From: Octopus vulgaris
Lineage: Eukaryota
DNA length: 64,000 nt
Direction: 5' to 3'
Assembly: GCA_951406725.2 (NCBI GenBank)
Contig: OX597836.1
Coordinates: 29,512,001-29,576,000, forward strand
The translations under genes and the position numbers were made by a program. Positions 50,692-64,000 of this stretch are shown one piece after another. Under the pieces are notes generated by a model that searched no databases, had not been told where the DNA came from, and saw only the letters and a list, made by a program, of their open reading frames with translations. Positions within the stretch are counted from its first letter, which is position 1, and each line of letters begins with the position of its first letter.

Positions 50692-51115
50692 GGCGCAGGA
50701 GTGGCTGTGTGGTAAGTAGCTTGTTTACCAACCACATGGCTCTGGGTTCAGTCTCACTGTGTGGCACCTTGGGCAAGTTTCTTCTACTATAGCCTCAGGC
50801 CGACCAAAGTCTTGTGAGTGGATTTGGTAGAAGGAAACTGAAAGAAGCTCGTCGTAGATATGTGTGTATATATATATGTGTATATATATATATATATATA
50901 TGCGTGTGTGTGTTTGTGTTTGTCCCCCTAGCATTGCTTGACAACCGATGCTGGTGTGTTTATGTCCCCGTTACTTAGCGGTTCGGCAAAAGAGACCGAT
51001 AGAATAAGTACTGGGTTTACAAAAGAATAAGCCCCAGGGTCGAGTTGCTCGATTAAAGGCGGTGCTCCAGCATAGCCACAGTCAAATGACTGAAACAAGT
51101 AAAAGAGTAAAAGAG
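50692..51115 (+). mobile_element. SINE family A, full length
   Basis: ggcgcaggagtggctgtgtggtaag...ggttcagtctc...gaaacaagtaaaagagtaaaagag. Further plus-strand copies at 17452-17785, 58195-58697 and 60639-61017. Confidence 0.9.
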
Positions 51116-51661
51116 AGAGAATGCTTCAGATTGGAACACATCTGATTGTAGATTTTGGTGACCTGGAGACTAAAATATCTGTAATACAAATCTGGTTTAA
51201 GAGAGGTTTCTATGCAACTGCCAGTCTTAACAGAAATAGCTGTCCCTTAACCGTTTTTGTTACCAAATCTGTTGAAATAAGACAGTGAGCAGGCAGAATC
51301 GTTAGCATCCTGGACAAAATGCTTAGTGGCATTTCGTCCTGCTGTTAGTTCTGAATTAACAGTAGTGAAAGTTTGTAGCAGTGGAGGCCTCTGGTCTTCA
51401 GGGTCCCCAGGCTACATCTCAGCTCATTGCTATCAAAGCAGAGATGGCTATCTGAAAGTGCAAGCCCCATGAGTTGGAGTGACTGTTCCAGTGCATATCC
51501 TTCGCCATCCTATGGGGGCAACACTTTTTCCATTTTTTGTCTGTTGGGACCATGAAGCAAACTGACGAGTCTTACATCTCTTAAATATGTCTAAATAGCC
51601 TGACATTCTACCCCTGCAATTATCCACTTCACCGTTAATACAATATGCAGAGTATAATACA

Positions 51662-51894
51662 TATTTCTTTATTACCCACAAGGGGTTAAACATAGAGGGG
51701 ACAAACAAGGACAGACATAGGTATTAAGTCGATTACATCAACCCCAGTGCGTAACTGGTGCTTAATTTATCGACCCCGAAAGGATGACAGGCAAAGTCGA
51801 CCTCGGCGGAATTTGAACTCACAACGTAACGGCAGACGAAATACCGCAAAGCATTTCACCCGATGTGCTAACGCTTCTGCCAGCTCGCCGCCCG
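51662..51894 (-). mobile_element. SINE family B with 16-bp TSD
   Basis: TSD tgcagagtataataca at 51646-51661 and 51895-51910. Other partial copies near 8800, 17060, 30915, 33680, 40950 and 48910. Confidence 0.9.
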
Positions 51895-52598
51895 TGCAGA
51901 GTATAATACAGGCAGAGAAATGACCCTTCCCTAACTGAGCCATTCATGATACACTCATTCTACAAAGAGGACCAAGTGACCCATTCAGGACACTAAGAAA
52001 AAAAGCTACAACAGTTATTGTTTTATATACTCAATACAAGAAATAATAGAGTGCAGTATCTTTATCATTAGGTTATATAAACTTGAATGTTTTATTTCAC
52101 TATTAATGGATCATACAGAGAAGCTCTTAATTATTTACTAAGAGTGAAAGAAAGCTTGCGTGTTAGTGGTTGAAATATCAATAGAAAATGTGTGTGTGTG
52201 CGCACATGTGCATATGTGTATGTATATGTGTGTATGTGAATGTATGTATGTATGTATGAATGTATGTGATTGTGTATGTGTGCTTGTGATTGCCGGTCAT
52301 CTTGCTTCAGCTTGTCACTGGGTACTAATCATGGAGACTCAGTGCGTGGTGTTTGTGTTGCACAAGTGCACAGCACTATAAATCCATCAATGCACAGATG
52401 TCTCTTTATGGCGACGTCATTTTTCGTTCCATCTGTTGAAAGTCCTACGGCAATGGAAGAGTGGCAGCGTGCGTAACATGCAGATCTGTAACAGGACTGA
52501 ATAGTGCACTGAGAGGGCCATGGGTGGAAAGTCGGAAATGTCATTGACAACAAGGAAGCACAAAGACAGCAATCATCCATGAAGAAGGAGCAATCACC

Positions 52599-52810
<212 letters not shown>

Positions 52811-53454
52811 GCATTCTGGGATATGTGCATGGAGTAAGATTAATAGATACACATACATGCACTCTTTTCCTAGTTTCAACTTTGGACTATGGCCTTCTCA
52901 GGACGTTGCCGTCAATCATTATATATTGACTTCTCCATACATTGTCTGGTACTTAATTTATTGAGTTCTATCTATGAAATGGCTATTTTGACCTCAGCAT
53001 TACGAGATGTAACTTTTATTCAATAAATACTGCAAGGTGCATTTATTTAATATGTTGATTTATCAGCAACTCATTCCTAATATACCATATGTGTATGACA
53101 AAACCCAGTTCACTCTGTGGTGATTAAAGAGTAAGACACTTGTTGCCAAGGTGTCACACACAGAGGTTGAACCTAGAATTCTTAGAGTTACAAAGCAAAC
53201 TGCTTAACTACATCATCATCGTCATCATCGTTTAACGTCCGCTTTCCATGCTAGCATGGGTTGGATGGCTTGACTGTGGGCTGGCGAACCAGATGGCTGC
53301 ACCAGACTCCAGTCTTGATCTGGCAGAGTTTCTACAGCTGGATGCCCTTCCTAACGCCAACCACTCCGAGAGTGTAGTAGGAGCTTTTACGTGCCACCGG
53401 CACGGGGGGGCCAGTCAGGTGGTACTGGCAACGACCTCGCTCGAATTATTACAC

Positions 53455-53649
53455 ATGGGCCAGTCATGCCACACTTGTTTTCACATCTACTCTGACCCGG
53501 ACTAGTAGCACCTGTCAGGCTCCCAGCTATAGGTTAATCAGTATATTAGGCAATGGGCCAGTCATGCCACACTTGTTTTCACATCTACTCTGACCCGGAC
53601 TAGTAGCACCTGTCAGGCTCCCAGCTATAGGTTAATCAGTATATTAGGC
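53455..53649. repeat. 97-bp perfect tandem duplication
   Basis: 53455-53551 is identical to 53553-53649. Confidence 0.95.
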
Positions 53650-54257
53650 CTCGCCTACCTTAGACTGGATCTGACAAGACTCTGTGGAAGAAACCTTCAT
53701 GGTTCAACAGGAAGGAAAGTGACTGAAGCAATGCATTGTGGAGTGTAGAGAAGAAGATGATGAAGCAAGACATCCTGGTTGTCCACTGCATCTGTCCCCA
53801 TCCGTTTGTCTTGACCCAGCTTTGCCACTGGATTGAAGATGGCCATAGGCAAACTCTTCTTCATTTTGCATAAAGGCACTTCATAAGCCATCAGGTGCTT
53901 GCTGCTTCAACAGGTGAACATGATATGCAGCAGAACTTCAATTCACGAAACACCTTCCATCACCAACAAATCGTTTCGCCAATAGTTTTTCAAGCATAAA
54001 ACATCTCGGGGTGACAATAACTAAAGTAACAAACACACAAGCTGGCAGTAATAGCTGGCGAAAAGCTGGGAGTACCACCTTGAAAAGTGTCAGTTGCTGT
54101 CTATCCTTTACTTAGTTCACTTCCCTACTTGAATTTTCTATGGGAAAAATAGTTTTGCTTTAAGAACATTTTGGGTGGTGAATGGTTTTCAGGAACAAAT
54201 TAAATTTGTAAACTAAGCTTCCACTAAATGTGTGTGTGTGTGTGTGTGTAAACAAGT

Positions 54258-54636
54258 GGAAGAGCAATGGCCCAGTGGTTAGGGCAGCAGACTCGCGGTC
54301 ATAGGATCGCGGTTTCGATTCCCAGACCGGGCGTTGTGAGTGTTTATTGAGCGAAAACACCTAAAGCTCCACGAGGCTCCGGCAGGGGTTGGTGGTGATC
54401 CCTGCTGTACTCTTTCACCACAACTTTCTCTCACTCTTACTTCCTGTTTCTGTTGTACCTGTATTTCAAAGGGCCGGCCTTGTCACTCTCTGTGTCACGC
54501 TGAATATCCCCGAGAACTACGTTAAGGGTACGTGTGTCTGTGGAGTGCTCACCCACTTACACGTTAATTTCACGAGCAGGCTGTTCCGTTGATTCGGATC
54601 AACCGGAACTCTCGTCGTCGTAACTGACGGAGTGCT
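54258..54636 (+). mobile_element. tRNA-derived SINE family C, full length
   Basis: A box tggcccagtgg, B box ggtttcgattccc. Partial copies at 16228-16341 and 45902-46222. Confidence 0.88.
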
Positions 54637-54919
54637 TCTTAAGTCTGTAAACAAACTATCTTTAGAAGCGTTGAATGTGTATCATGTTATACAGAGAAGG
54701 TAATATTTTGAATGCAGTATGGCCATGAAAACAGCAGACAGATTAGATATTAGTACCCTTATAAGATGGGAAAAAGTTATCAACAGACAGCCACAGGACT
54801 CGAGCCCGCACCCCTCAAATACTGGCCGATTCTTCTACCATTAAACTAAGCTGCCCACTAAAACCAACCCCCATCAAATTAAATGCCAAATACAGAGCTT
54901 TTGGAATGCAACATATGTA

Positions 54920-54974
<55 letters not shown>

Positions 54975-54985
54975 TCATCATTTAA

Positions 54986-55193
54986 CCCTTTTGTCACCAA
55001 ATTTCTGTTGAGATGCTCTGAGTTTCTTTCAATTAATTTTAAATAGAAAAAAAGAATTTAGTAAAATAACATGGTTATCATTAAGCTAGTGTTAGGAACA
55101 TAAATTGTGACTAAGGTTTGGTGGAAGATCTTAATTCAGAACTTTTGAAAACAAGACATTTGTACTACAAAGCCAGAGGCAGTTTCAAAAGGG
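54986..55193. mobile_element. piggyBac-like MITE family 2
   Basis: Perfect TTAA TSD on both sides, cccttttg...caaaaggg termini, inserted at the TTAA of a family D tail. Related pieces at 26510-26760 and 36755-37400. Confidence 0.85.
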
Positions 55194-56154
55194 TTAACGT
55201 CCACCTTCTATGCTAGTATGGTAGGATGGTTCAACAGGACCCAATAAATCCAGGGACCCCGTTGAGCCCCACTGTCTGCTTTGACAGGGTTTTCTGCAGC
55301 TGGATGCTCTTCTTGACATCAACCATTTTACAGAGTGTACTAAATGCTTATTTTCATGGCACCAGAACAAGTGAGATCGTCAATTAACTCACAAAACAAA
55401 TAGAAAAAATAAAGCACACAGTTGAGTGGGAATGTAGTAAAGAGGGGGCGGTGTTCTTATGCACAGTTAGAAAGATAAAAGTACGATAGAAGAAGGGGAA
55501 CAGGTGTCTTGAAGTAGAGGAGATACAGAACTACCATGTAATATATAAGGGTGGGTGGAAGGTGGTAGAAAGAGAGATAAGATGGCAGTAACAAGGTAGA
55601 AGAAAAATGGGTGGGGGAAAAGGTTTGCAAGAGTGGAGGAAGAGGAGAGTGACAGATGGTTAGAGATGAGGGGAAAGATGAATATAGAGAATGGTGAAAC
55701 AAGAATGGAGACATGCTATATATATATATATATATATATATATGTGCAGGGCATGGATGTGTGATAGATAGTTTGCTTTCAGAGAACCTTGAGCAAGTAT
55801 CTTCTACTATAGCCCCAGGTCAAACAAAGCTTTGTGAGTATATTTGGTAGACAGAAACTGAAAGAAGCCTGTCATATATGTGTGTGTGTGTGTGTGAGAG
55901 AGTGCAAGTGAACATGTGTGTGTCTGTTTATTACTAGCTCCCTGTGCTGACATGACAGTTGTAAATGAGTGTCACCAAGATGCAAGCAGCAGCCTTCATT
56001 TTCAATCTTTCATGAAGACATGTCAGGTCATGGGGAAATATTAGCTTACTTGGAAACAAGTGAGGGCAGACGACAGGAAGGGCATCCAGCCATAGAAAGT
56101 CTGCCTCGGCAAATTCCATCTGACCCATGTGAATACAGAGAAGTGGACATTAAA

Positions 56155-56320
56155 ACAATGATGATGATGACAACGACAATGATGATGACATTCATGATGA
56201 TGATGATGACGACGACGACAATGATGACGACATTCATGATGATGATGATGACGACGACGACAATGATGACGACAATGATGATGATGATGATGATGATGAT
56301 GACAATGATGATGATAATGT
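56155..56320. repeat. (ATG/ACG)n trinucleotide expansion at a family D tail
   Basis: Follows ...gtggacattaaaaca, the usual retroposon 3' end. Confidence 0.9.
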
Positions 56321-57423
56321 TTGACTTACAGGAGGAAGGGTAGTAACCTTTGACCCACTTCAGGGATCTCCACAACAGATGATAGGAAATTATCCTCAGC
56401 CCAGTAACAACTAAGCCTGAATGCTTGTTAAAAGCATCAAAGTGGTGATGTGAAATTGAGTGATGGATACACCCACGAACAAGAATGGAACCTTTTCTAC
56501 AGGTTTCCATTTTGTCGCCAGCTGTTAAATGTCACCCATACATAACTTTGGTCAGCCTCAAGTTATGAAAGAAGGCACTTGACCACAGTGCAATGCAGTG
56601 TGATTGAACCTGAAACCACAGTTGCTAAGGTACAAACCATTCACAGACTTTTTACACTCGAACTCAAAAGGCAGGAATATTGACATCTTCAATTCTACTA
56701 AATTTACTCATTACGAAGCAGCAGTTGATCAAATTTTGACAATACATTACTAAATGCTTAAGTGTCTCACTAAGTTTAGGTAAATATAAGGTAAAACACG
56801 TACTATCCAGAGAATTCTTGTTATCAGTGTCACAGTATTGTTCTTTATAAGAAGCTTCGCATTTATTTTCAGCGCCACCAAATACCATCTTGTGAAGCAA
56901 GTGTTACTACAAAAATAATAAATCACTGCAAATTTTAATATAAATATTAATCATAAACCTTACATAAATACCAATACTAATAATATTAAAATTAGTTTTT
57001 CTTATGTAAATTCACTGAACATATAATAATATTTAATACCATTGGTAAAATGCTAAACTACTAGAAACTAAATTTTATTCTTGTGAAATTATTGTAGTAC
57101 TCATATATTTTTGTACCATGACACAAAACGTATATTGTCACCAATTTTTTACAAAAACCATTATAGAAGACTATGGAATATTAGGCAAAATAATCAAATA
57201 ATTCTTACTAATAGGAAGTTCCTTTTCTGGATTATTAGATTTGACTAATTATGAATTCTAGATTAACATAAAACTATGAAACTACTAGGTAGCTAATAGT
57301 AAATTATAAAAATAGTTACAATAAAAATAGTTATCTATGTTAACTAAGCAATTTGGGTACAAATATTTGTGTTTATATATATATATGAATATATATAAGA
57401 GAGAGAGATACATACATATATAT

Positions 57424-57460
<37 letters not shown>

Positions 57461-57761
57461 ATATATAAAACATATATAATATATATATTATAGACACTAT
57501 GTATATTATATATAATATATATATATTATATAAAGAGAAATAGAGGGAGATAGAGAGAGAGAGAGAGAAAGATAACAGCAATTAAACTGCTGTTTCGTGC
57601 TGTCGTATGTAATTCCAAGTCTGGGTTAGTGATTTTTGACACAACTAAAACCTTTTCTAATGCGTTCATAGCAATTATTAACACCCATATAACTTTGAGC
57701 ACAACAGTACATTTGTAATTGTGTCAAAAAGCAATAAGGCGACAGTTGGAAAGGCAATAAA

Positions 57762-57792
<31 letters not shown>

Positions 57793-58359
57793 AATATAGG
57801 GGTATAAGAAGAGAGGAATAGCAGAGCCGAGGCTTAAGGGATTGCTGCTGTAATGATAAAAGCATCAGAATGGGTTTTTGTATCGTGTGTAGCTAGTGAT
57901 ATTCTTTCTGCAGGAAGCTATTATCCATTCATGACTATTATAGTATCACTAACTGCTATAAAGGTGAAATAACGAGTATTAACTAGTGTATCAGGTATCA
58001 AAGGAAGTGAAAAGTGGCATAGCTGTACTGGTGCATGGGAAAGCTGGTTTAAAAATATGCTGCAGTATATTTATGTAGGTGGATACATACAACGCTGTAC
58101 AAACTGAAGATGATTTTCGTAAGCCTGGTGTGATATTTATAAGGGAAATATCTGGTAAGAACAAACATATCTTTACTGCATATGGACATATGCAAGCGCA
58201 GGAGTGGCTGTGTGGTAAGTAGTTTGTTTACCAACCACATGGTACCGGGTTCAGTCCCACTGCGTGGCACCATGGGCAGGTGTCTTCTACTATAGCCTCG
58301 GGCCAACCAAAGCCTTGTGAGTGGATTTGGTAGACGGAAACTGAAAGAAGGCCGTCGTA

Positions 58360-58398
<39 letters not shown>

Positions 58399-59709
58399 TA
58401 GTATGTGTTGTGTTCTTTGTCTGTCTGTGTTTGTCCCTCTAGCATTGCTTGACAACCAATGCTGGTGTGTTTATGTCCCCATCACTTAGCGGTTCGGCAA
58501 AAACGAACGAATGGTGCTTTTTAATAGAATAAGTATTGGGCTTAGCAAAGAATAAGTCCCGTCACTTAGCGGTTCGGCAAAAGACCGATAGAATAAGTAC
58601 TGGGATTACAAACAATAAGTCCCGGGGTCAAATTGCTCGAGTAAAGGCGGTGCTCCAGCATGGCCGCAGTCAAATGACTGAAACAAGTAAACGAGTAATA
58701 TACAGATGTACCACACACATATATATACTTATATATGTACATATATATACATAGACACACATATATAAGCAAGCATGAAAAGTTAACTGAAAAGTTTATT
58801 TCTCAACTTCACGGCCAAGGTTCCAGTTGCACTGTGAAGTACCTTGCACAAGTCCCTTCTATAGGCCAGTGCTGACCAAAAACTTGTGACTGGATTTGGT
58901 AGACAGAAACTGAAAATGAACCCAGTTGTATCTATACATAAAACACACACACACACAGAGGTTAAAGTAGAAAAGGAGAGGCAAACAATTTAGCAAAACT
59001 CGACAACTCTCTCTTTTTACTCTTTTACTCGTTTCAGTCATTTAACTATGGCCATGCTGGAGCATCGCCTTTAGTCGAGAAATCGACCCCAGAATAAGCA
59101 TAGTACTTATTCTGTAAAAAAAAAACACCCCAAATGTCTCAAAGAGATATTTGTCTAACCCATGCTAGCATGGATAAATAGATGTAAAAACAAACAAACA
59201 AACACATATACACTCAGAGATATACTTTACACATACATTGATACACACAGCCACATATATGCATATATACACATACCATTTTCATTTGGTCAGGTGACTT
59301 GCTCAGACTAATGAGTCACATTGGTCTTTCACTAGCTGAATGTCTCATCCGAGTACAACACAGCTACAGGAGTTAGTAGTAGTTCACTAACTGAATTGGG
59401 TGACCTAGACTTGAAAAGTTTGTTAACTGTTCATCTGCTCAGCATCTAACGATATTCGCCACTGACTCAATTAGTTCATCTGCTGAAACAGTTCACACCC
59501 ACCATGCTGCATCCCATGATCTCAACATAACCCTGGCTTGGGTGGTTAGCGGGTGCTAGGCCTTGCAAAGCTGCATTTCGGTTTGAAAAATTGTGAAGGT
59601 ATTAAGATATTTTTCTTAACATGAAACCAATGGTAGCCTTAATACACAAATAAAGAAATTCTTTCCACCAATGTGGTGTTGAGCACTCATTCTCATGGTT
59701 CAACATTTA

Positions 59710-59763
<54 letters not shown>

Positions 59764-60059
59764 ATGCGTGTGTATCTTTGTGCTTGTCCTCATATCAACA
59801 CTTTATAACTGTTGTTGGTCAGTTTATGCCCCCTGTAACTTAGTGGTTCAGCAAAAGGAGACCTAAGTACCAGACCTAAGAAGGTAAAAAAAAAAAAAAA
59901 AAGAAAAAAAAAAGAAAGTACTGAAGTCGACTTGTTCCACAAAAACCCTTTCAAAGCAGTACTCCAGCATGGCCACAGTCCAATGACTAAAAACAAACTA
60001 AGGGGGGAAAAGAGAAAGGAATCTACTTCACAACAACAAGGCTGTAACTAACTAATATC

Positions 60060-60425
60060 AGAAAGCCACATCAAAGACGAGGCTTTGCAATATTTTCAGG
60101 GATAAAATGAAACTATAAAGATGGAGAGATGCACTAACAACACAGAGTGAGATGTCTAACAGCACGATGGCAGGTAGTGGGGAAGCCAGACGTTTAGGTG
60201 CACTGAGGCTAGTTAACAGTATGAACTGAACATCGTTTAAACTGGTGAGATAGTTGGATTGAAGTGGTAGATGTTCTGTTACCTAGGTAACACGCATAGT
60301 TTTGGAGATAGTGCTAATGATAGCAGAAAAGCTGGGATTCAAGATTGGCGGTGGAAGTTTTAGCAACTGCTAACTTCTATTGGCAACAACCGATTTATCT
60401 TTCAGTAAGAAGACGTGTATGTTCT
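60060..60425 (+). mobile_element. Decayed RTE LINE reverse-transcriptase downstream region
   Basis: Frameshifted LEVVD-FCYLG...WKF-QLL-LLAT...RRVY pattern. Confidence 0.6.
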
Positions 60426-61658
60426 TTGATGTGTGTGTGTGTGTGTGTGTAAGAGTGGGTTGAAACATTGACTGTGAGTGTGGTTCATTAGTTCTTTAAG
60501 GATTAGAGAGGAGGGGGTTGTGGAGGCGAGTTCATTAAATCTAAAATTGTTGACATTTTGAAAAATTTTAAACATAAACGAGTGGTGGAAACAACTATAC
60601 ATTTTGTACATAATGTATGTATGTATATTTATATATGTAGGCACAGGAGTGGCTGTGTGGTAAGTAGCTTGTTTACCAACCACATGGTTCCGGGTTCAGT
60701 CTCACTGCGTGGCACCTTGGGCAAGTGTCTTCTACTATAGCCTCGGGCTGACCAAAGCCTTGTGAGTGGATTTGGTAGACGGAAACTGAAAGAAGCCTGT
60801 CGTATATATGTACATATATGTATGTGTGTGTATGTTTGTGTGTCTCTGTTTGCTGGTGTGTTTATGTCCCCGTCACTTAGCGGTTCGGCAAAAGAGACCA
60901 ATAGAATAAATACTGGGCTTACAAAGAATAAGTGCCGGGTCGAGTTGCCCGATAAAAGGTGGTGCACCAGCATGGCCGCAGTCAAAATGACTGAAACAAG
61001 TAAAAGGAGAAAAAAGAGAATATATATATATATATATCATCATCATCCTTTAACGTCCGTTTTCCATGCTGGCATGGGTTGGATGGTTAGACTGGGGTCA
61101 GGAAAGCCAGTGGCTGCACCAAGCTCCAATCTGATCTGGCAATGTTTCTACAGAGTGTAGTGGGTACTTTTTACGTGACACCAGCACAGGAGCCAGTCTG
61201 GTGGTCCTGACATCAATCATGTTCAGATAGTGCTTTTTACATGCCACTAGCACATGAGCCAGTCAGGAGGCACTAGCATCGACCACATTTGGATAGTGCT
61301 TTTTATGTGCCACTGGCATGGAAGTCAATCAGGTGGCCCTGGCATCAATCATGTTCGGATAGTGTTTTTTATGTTCTACTGGTACGAGAGCCGGTCAGGG
61401 GGCAATGGCATTGACCACATTCGGATGGTGCTTTTTACCTGCCACTGGAACAGGAGCCAGTCAGGGGGCACTGGCCACAGCTACAAGTTTGGTTTTGCTC
61501 GACTCAACAGGTCTTCAACAGGTCTGACGCATCAAGTGTACCTTTAAATGGGCCGGAGATGCAACACTGGCATCGGCCATGGCTGCGATCTCACTTTAGT
61601 TGCCGGGACTTCTCAATCACAGCATATCTCCAATGGTCTTGGTTTCCTGTAATTACCT

Positions 61659-62075
61659 CAGACATGCAGAAAGTAAATAGACACCTTTAATTTTCAAAAT
61701 TTCTGATCTAAGCGTCTTAATGTTTTAAGTGGTGTAGAATTTACAATGTAATTATTCTTTTTCATTCCAGGTGCCATTATATTAAACATTTGCACAGAGT
61801 AACCATGCCACGCATAAAAAATTCAGTAGAACTGTCAGATTTTCAAAGAGGTCATATTGTTGGGCAATCTGAGGCTGGTCTTAGAGAAAAATTGCCGAAA
61901 ATCTTCAAATTTCTCTTGCTACTATTAATAGAATTATAGTGCAATTCAAAAGCCAAGGAAAAGAATCAACAGATTCTTGTTCCAGCTGACCTGGACCCTC
62001 GGAAAGGAAGCTTCGCTGTTTGAAAAGAATTGTAGAAAACGAACCCTGTTCGAGGGCTTCTGGCATTGCAAAACA
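61659..62075 (+). mobile_element. Second copy of the same Tc1-like element, 3'-truncated and frameshifted
   Basis: Starts cagacatgcagaaagtaaatagacacctttaattttc. ATG at 61805 reads MPRIKNSVELSDFQRGHIVGQSEAGL... Highly similar to 5-380. Confidence 0.85.
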
Positions 62076-62517
62076 GAAGTCAATGCATATCTGTGATTGT
62101 CCCCAACTACCACTTCACAACCATGTGTTGGTGTGTTTATAGCCTCGTAACTTAGCAGTTCAGCAAAAAAAACTGATAGCATAAATACCAGGCTTAAAAA
62201 AAAAAATTACCGGACCAATTCATTCAACTAAAAATTCTTCAAAGTAGTAGTGCCCCAGCATGCCCACAGACTACTGACTGATACAAGACACACACACACA
62301 CACAGGAAATTCTGAAAGGGCAACACCAGACTTTTGCATTGAAAGCTGTACAAATCCCTGAACTTGTCACCACTGCATTAAGCCAAAGGTCTGGCTACTT
62401 CCCATCAAAAGTTAAGTTCAGATACTGCAAAGGCTTAGGGTTCAAGGGACCACATATTCTTAATACTTTTGAATACTCTACCAAAACAACTTAAGAGGTC
62501 TTCATACAGTGGGCTGT

Positions 62518-62880
62518 ATGAGGAGGTATGAAAAGTTTCTGGCTTTGGGTAAAAGAAAATACAGGTAGATCAGTTAATTATGATATTATTCAACATATTC
62601 CCCCTCTCAGATTCACACACCTATTGCAGCAGTCCTTCAGTTTTTCTAAGTGCTGGAAAAGAACTCGGAAGTTTGGGTTGCCAACCAGGCCTTTCAAGAT
62701 ACTCTTAAAGCCAGTAACTTTTCAGCAGCCCCTTGCAAATGTATTCAAGAAACAGAAAAACCTAGTCATTCTGTCTAAGATTCCAAATAAATTTATGTCA
62801 TTGTAAGAAATGCTAATGAGTAAGGTTGTACCAAAATTTTCCTCAGTCACCAAAAACTAACCACAGAAGGAAGGCTGTTG
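62518..62880 (-). mobile_element. mariner right-end fragment
   Basis: tatgaggaggtatgaaaagtttctggct resembles a mariner TIR. Minus strand ends ...GEYVE*. Confidence 0.6.
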
Positions 62881-64000
62881 AAACAGATCCAACAGTAATG
62901 GGTGTGCAGTATGGCCACAGCCCAATTAGTAAAAGTGAGCGAATATATAATTATATGATGTGTATATATGTATATTAAGAGCAACAATTAAACTGCTTTG
63001 TATTATTGGGAGTAATAAAAAAAAAATAGAATTTAAGAGATTAAGGGAGGTTTGATGAAGATGAGAAAAAAAATCAGCTTATGAAAGCAATTCTCTAAAT
63101 CTTAAATCTTCTTAATTTTGTATATGCATAGAAATACTATATTTGTAACCACATTCACACACTGTGCCACACACACACATTTTATATATATACACACACA
63201 CATGAATATGTATACACCATTTGTGAACTCAAACTATATCTATATTGAAATCTATAACACAGTTGTTATAATAAGCATATAAAGTATCCTGATTCCTCTA
63301 AGCATTAAAAGCCTCTCGTCGTCATAGTTGTCATCAAGTTCACATCTGTTGCCGCTGACAATACCCTAAATAGTCTCTGCCATTATCAACCTCACACTGT
63401 CACACGTTTATCCTCTTGCCGTATCCCAAGATCTTATCTGATTACTTTTGATTTTGAGACTTCTTTATCCTGTCTCCAACCACAACGCAGTTATATTCTA
63501 CCATCAAAAAGCATTGTGGCAGTTCTCCCCTACTCTCACACCAATCGGTCATCCATGTGTATTACACATCTAAGGAAATACAAATGACTGAAACATCCAA
63601 CCCAGTAAGAGAAGCTTCTAAATCAACATTTTTATCTTCTATCTTTTACTTGTTTCAGTCATTGGATTGTGGCCATGCTGGGGCATCACTTTGAAGGGTT
63701 TAGCCCAGGCCTGGCCAACTCAGATTACATTTTGCTTTCTCATGCTATTATTACAATAATGAATGAATGATTTCTTCTCTGGATTTGGTTTGCAAGATTC
63801 TTTACATGAGTTTGTGTGTTGAAGCATATTCTGTTGTGTCTAGGGAGAGTCATTTTCTTTTTGTGCCTTATTATGTAACACACTCACCGGTAAAATTTCC
63901 ACTTTTTTCTTATTTTTACTGTCCAGGACATGAATGATTTTTGATTCAACATGAAATATTATCGTTGCATAAACAGTAGTGTCTCTTTTTTACTTTTCAT

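Noticed and set aside
54258-54335. tRNA gene
   Set aside because: It has A and B boxes but continues into a multi-copy SINE body, and I could not build a clean cloverleaf.
55969-56510. Poly-Met/Thr and poly-Ile/Val ORFs
   Set aside because: These are translations of an (ATG)n tail expansion of a retroposon.
56664-56900. 78-aa minus-strand ORF in non-obvious sequence
   Set aside because: No recognisable domain or splice context, so it cannot be supported.
61163-61480. CRISPR-like array (palindromic repeat with variable spacers)
   Set aside because: The apparent spacers are homologous to each other, the array sits inside a eukaryotic retroposon, and there are no cas genes.

Overview
AT-rich, repeat-saturated animal genomic DNA. 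The SINE and microsatellite content and the protein suggest an octopus (inference). The only host gene I can support is a minus-strand PUFA elongase of the Elovl2/5 type. I reconstructed six coding exons by hand (35495-35555, 24633-24823, 13652-13738, 10675-10846, 6601-6725, 2892-3140). All have GT-AG boundaries and matching phases, giving an intact 885-nt, 294-aa ORF with an HxxHH box and a C-terminal KKxx. The 5'-UTR exon and promoter were not located. The rest is intron or flank, packed with tRNA-derived SINEs, RTE/CR1 LINE 3' ends, Tc1/mariner/maT/pogo/hAT/piggyBac-type relics and MITEs, three Helitron pieces and micro/minisatellites. Most ORFs in the supplied track are repeat artefacts. 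The most interesting unexplained signals are: (1) a non-repetitive island in coding intron 2 with three AG|GT splice-motif junctions, next to a 125-bp-arm hairpin; (2) several long inverted repeats in the Elovl pre-mRNA (possible ADAR or circRNA substrates); (3) a TIR element flanked by a ~161-bp direct duplication; (4) decayed hammerhead-like motifs. All are sequence-level hypotheses; none proves a new system.
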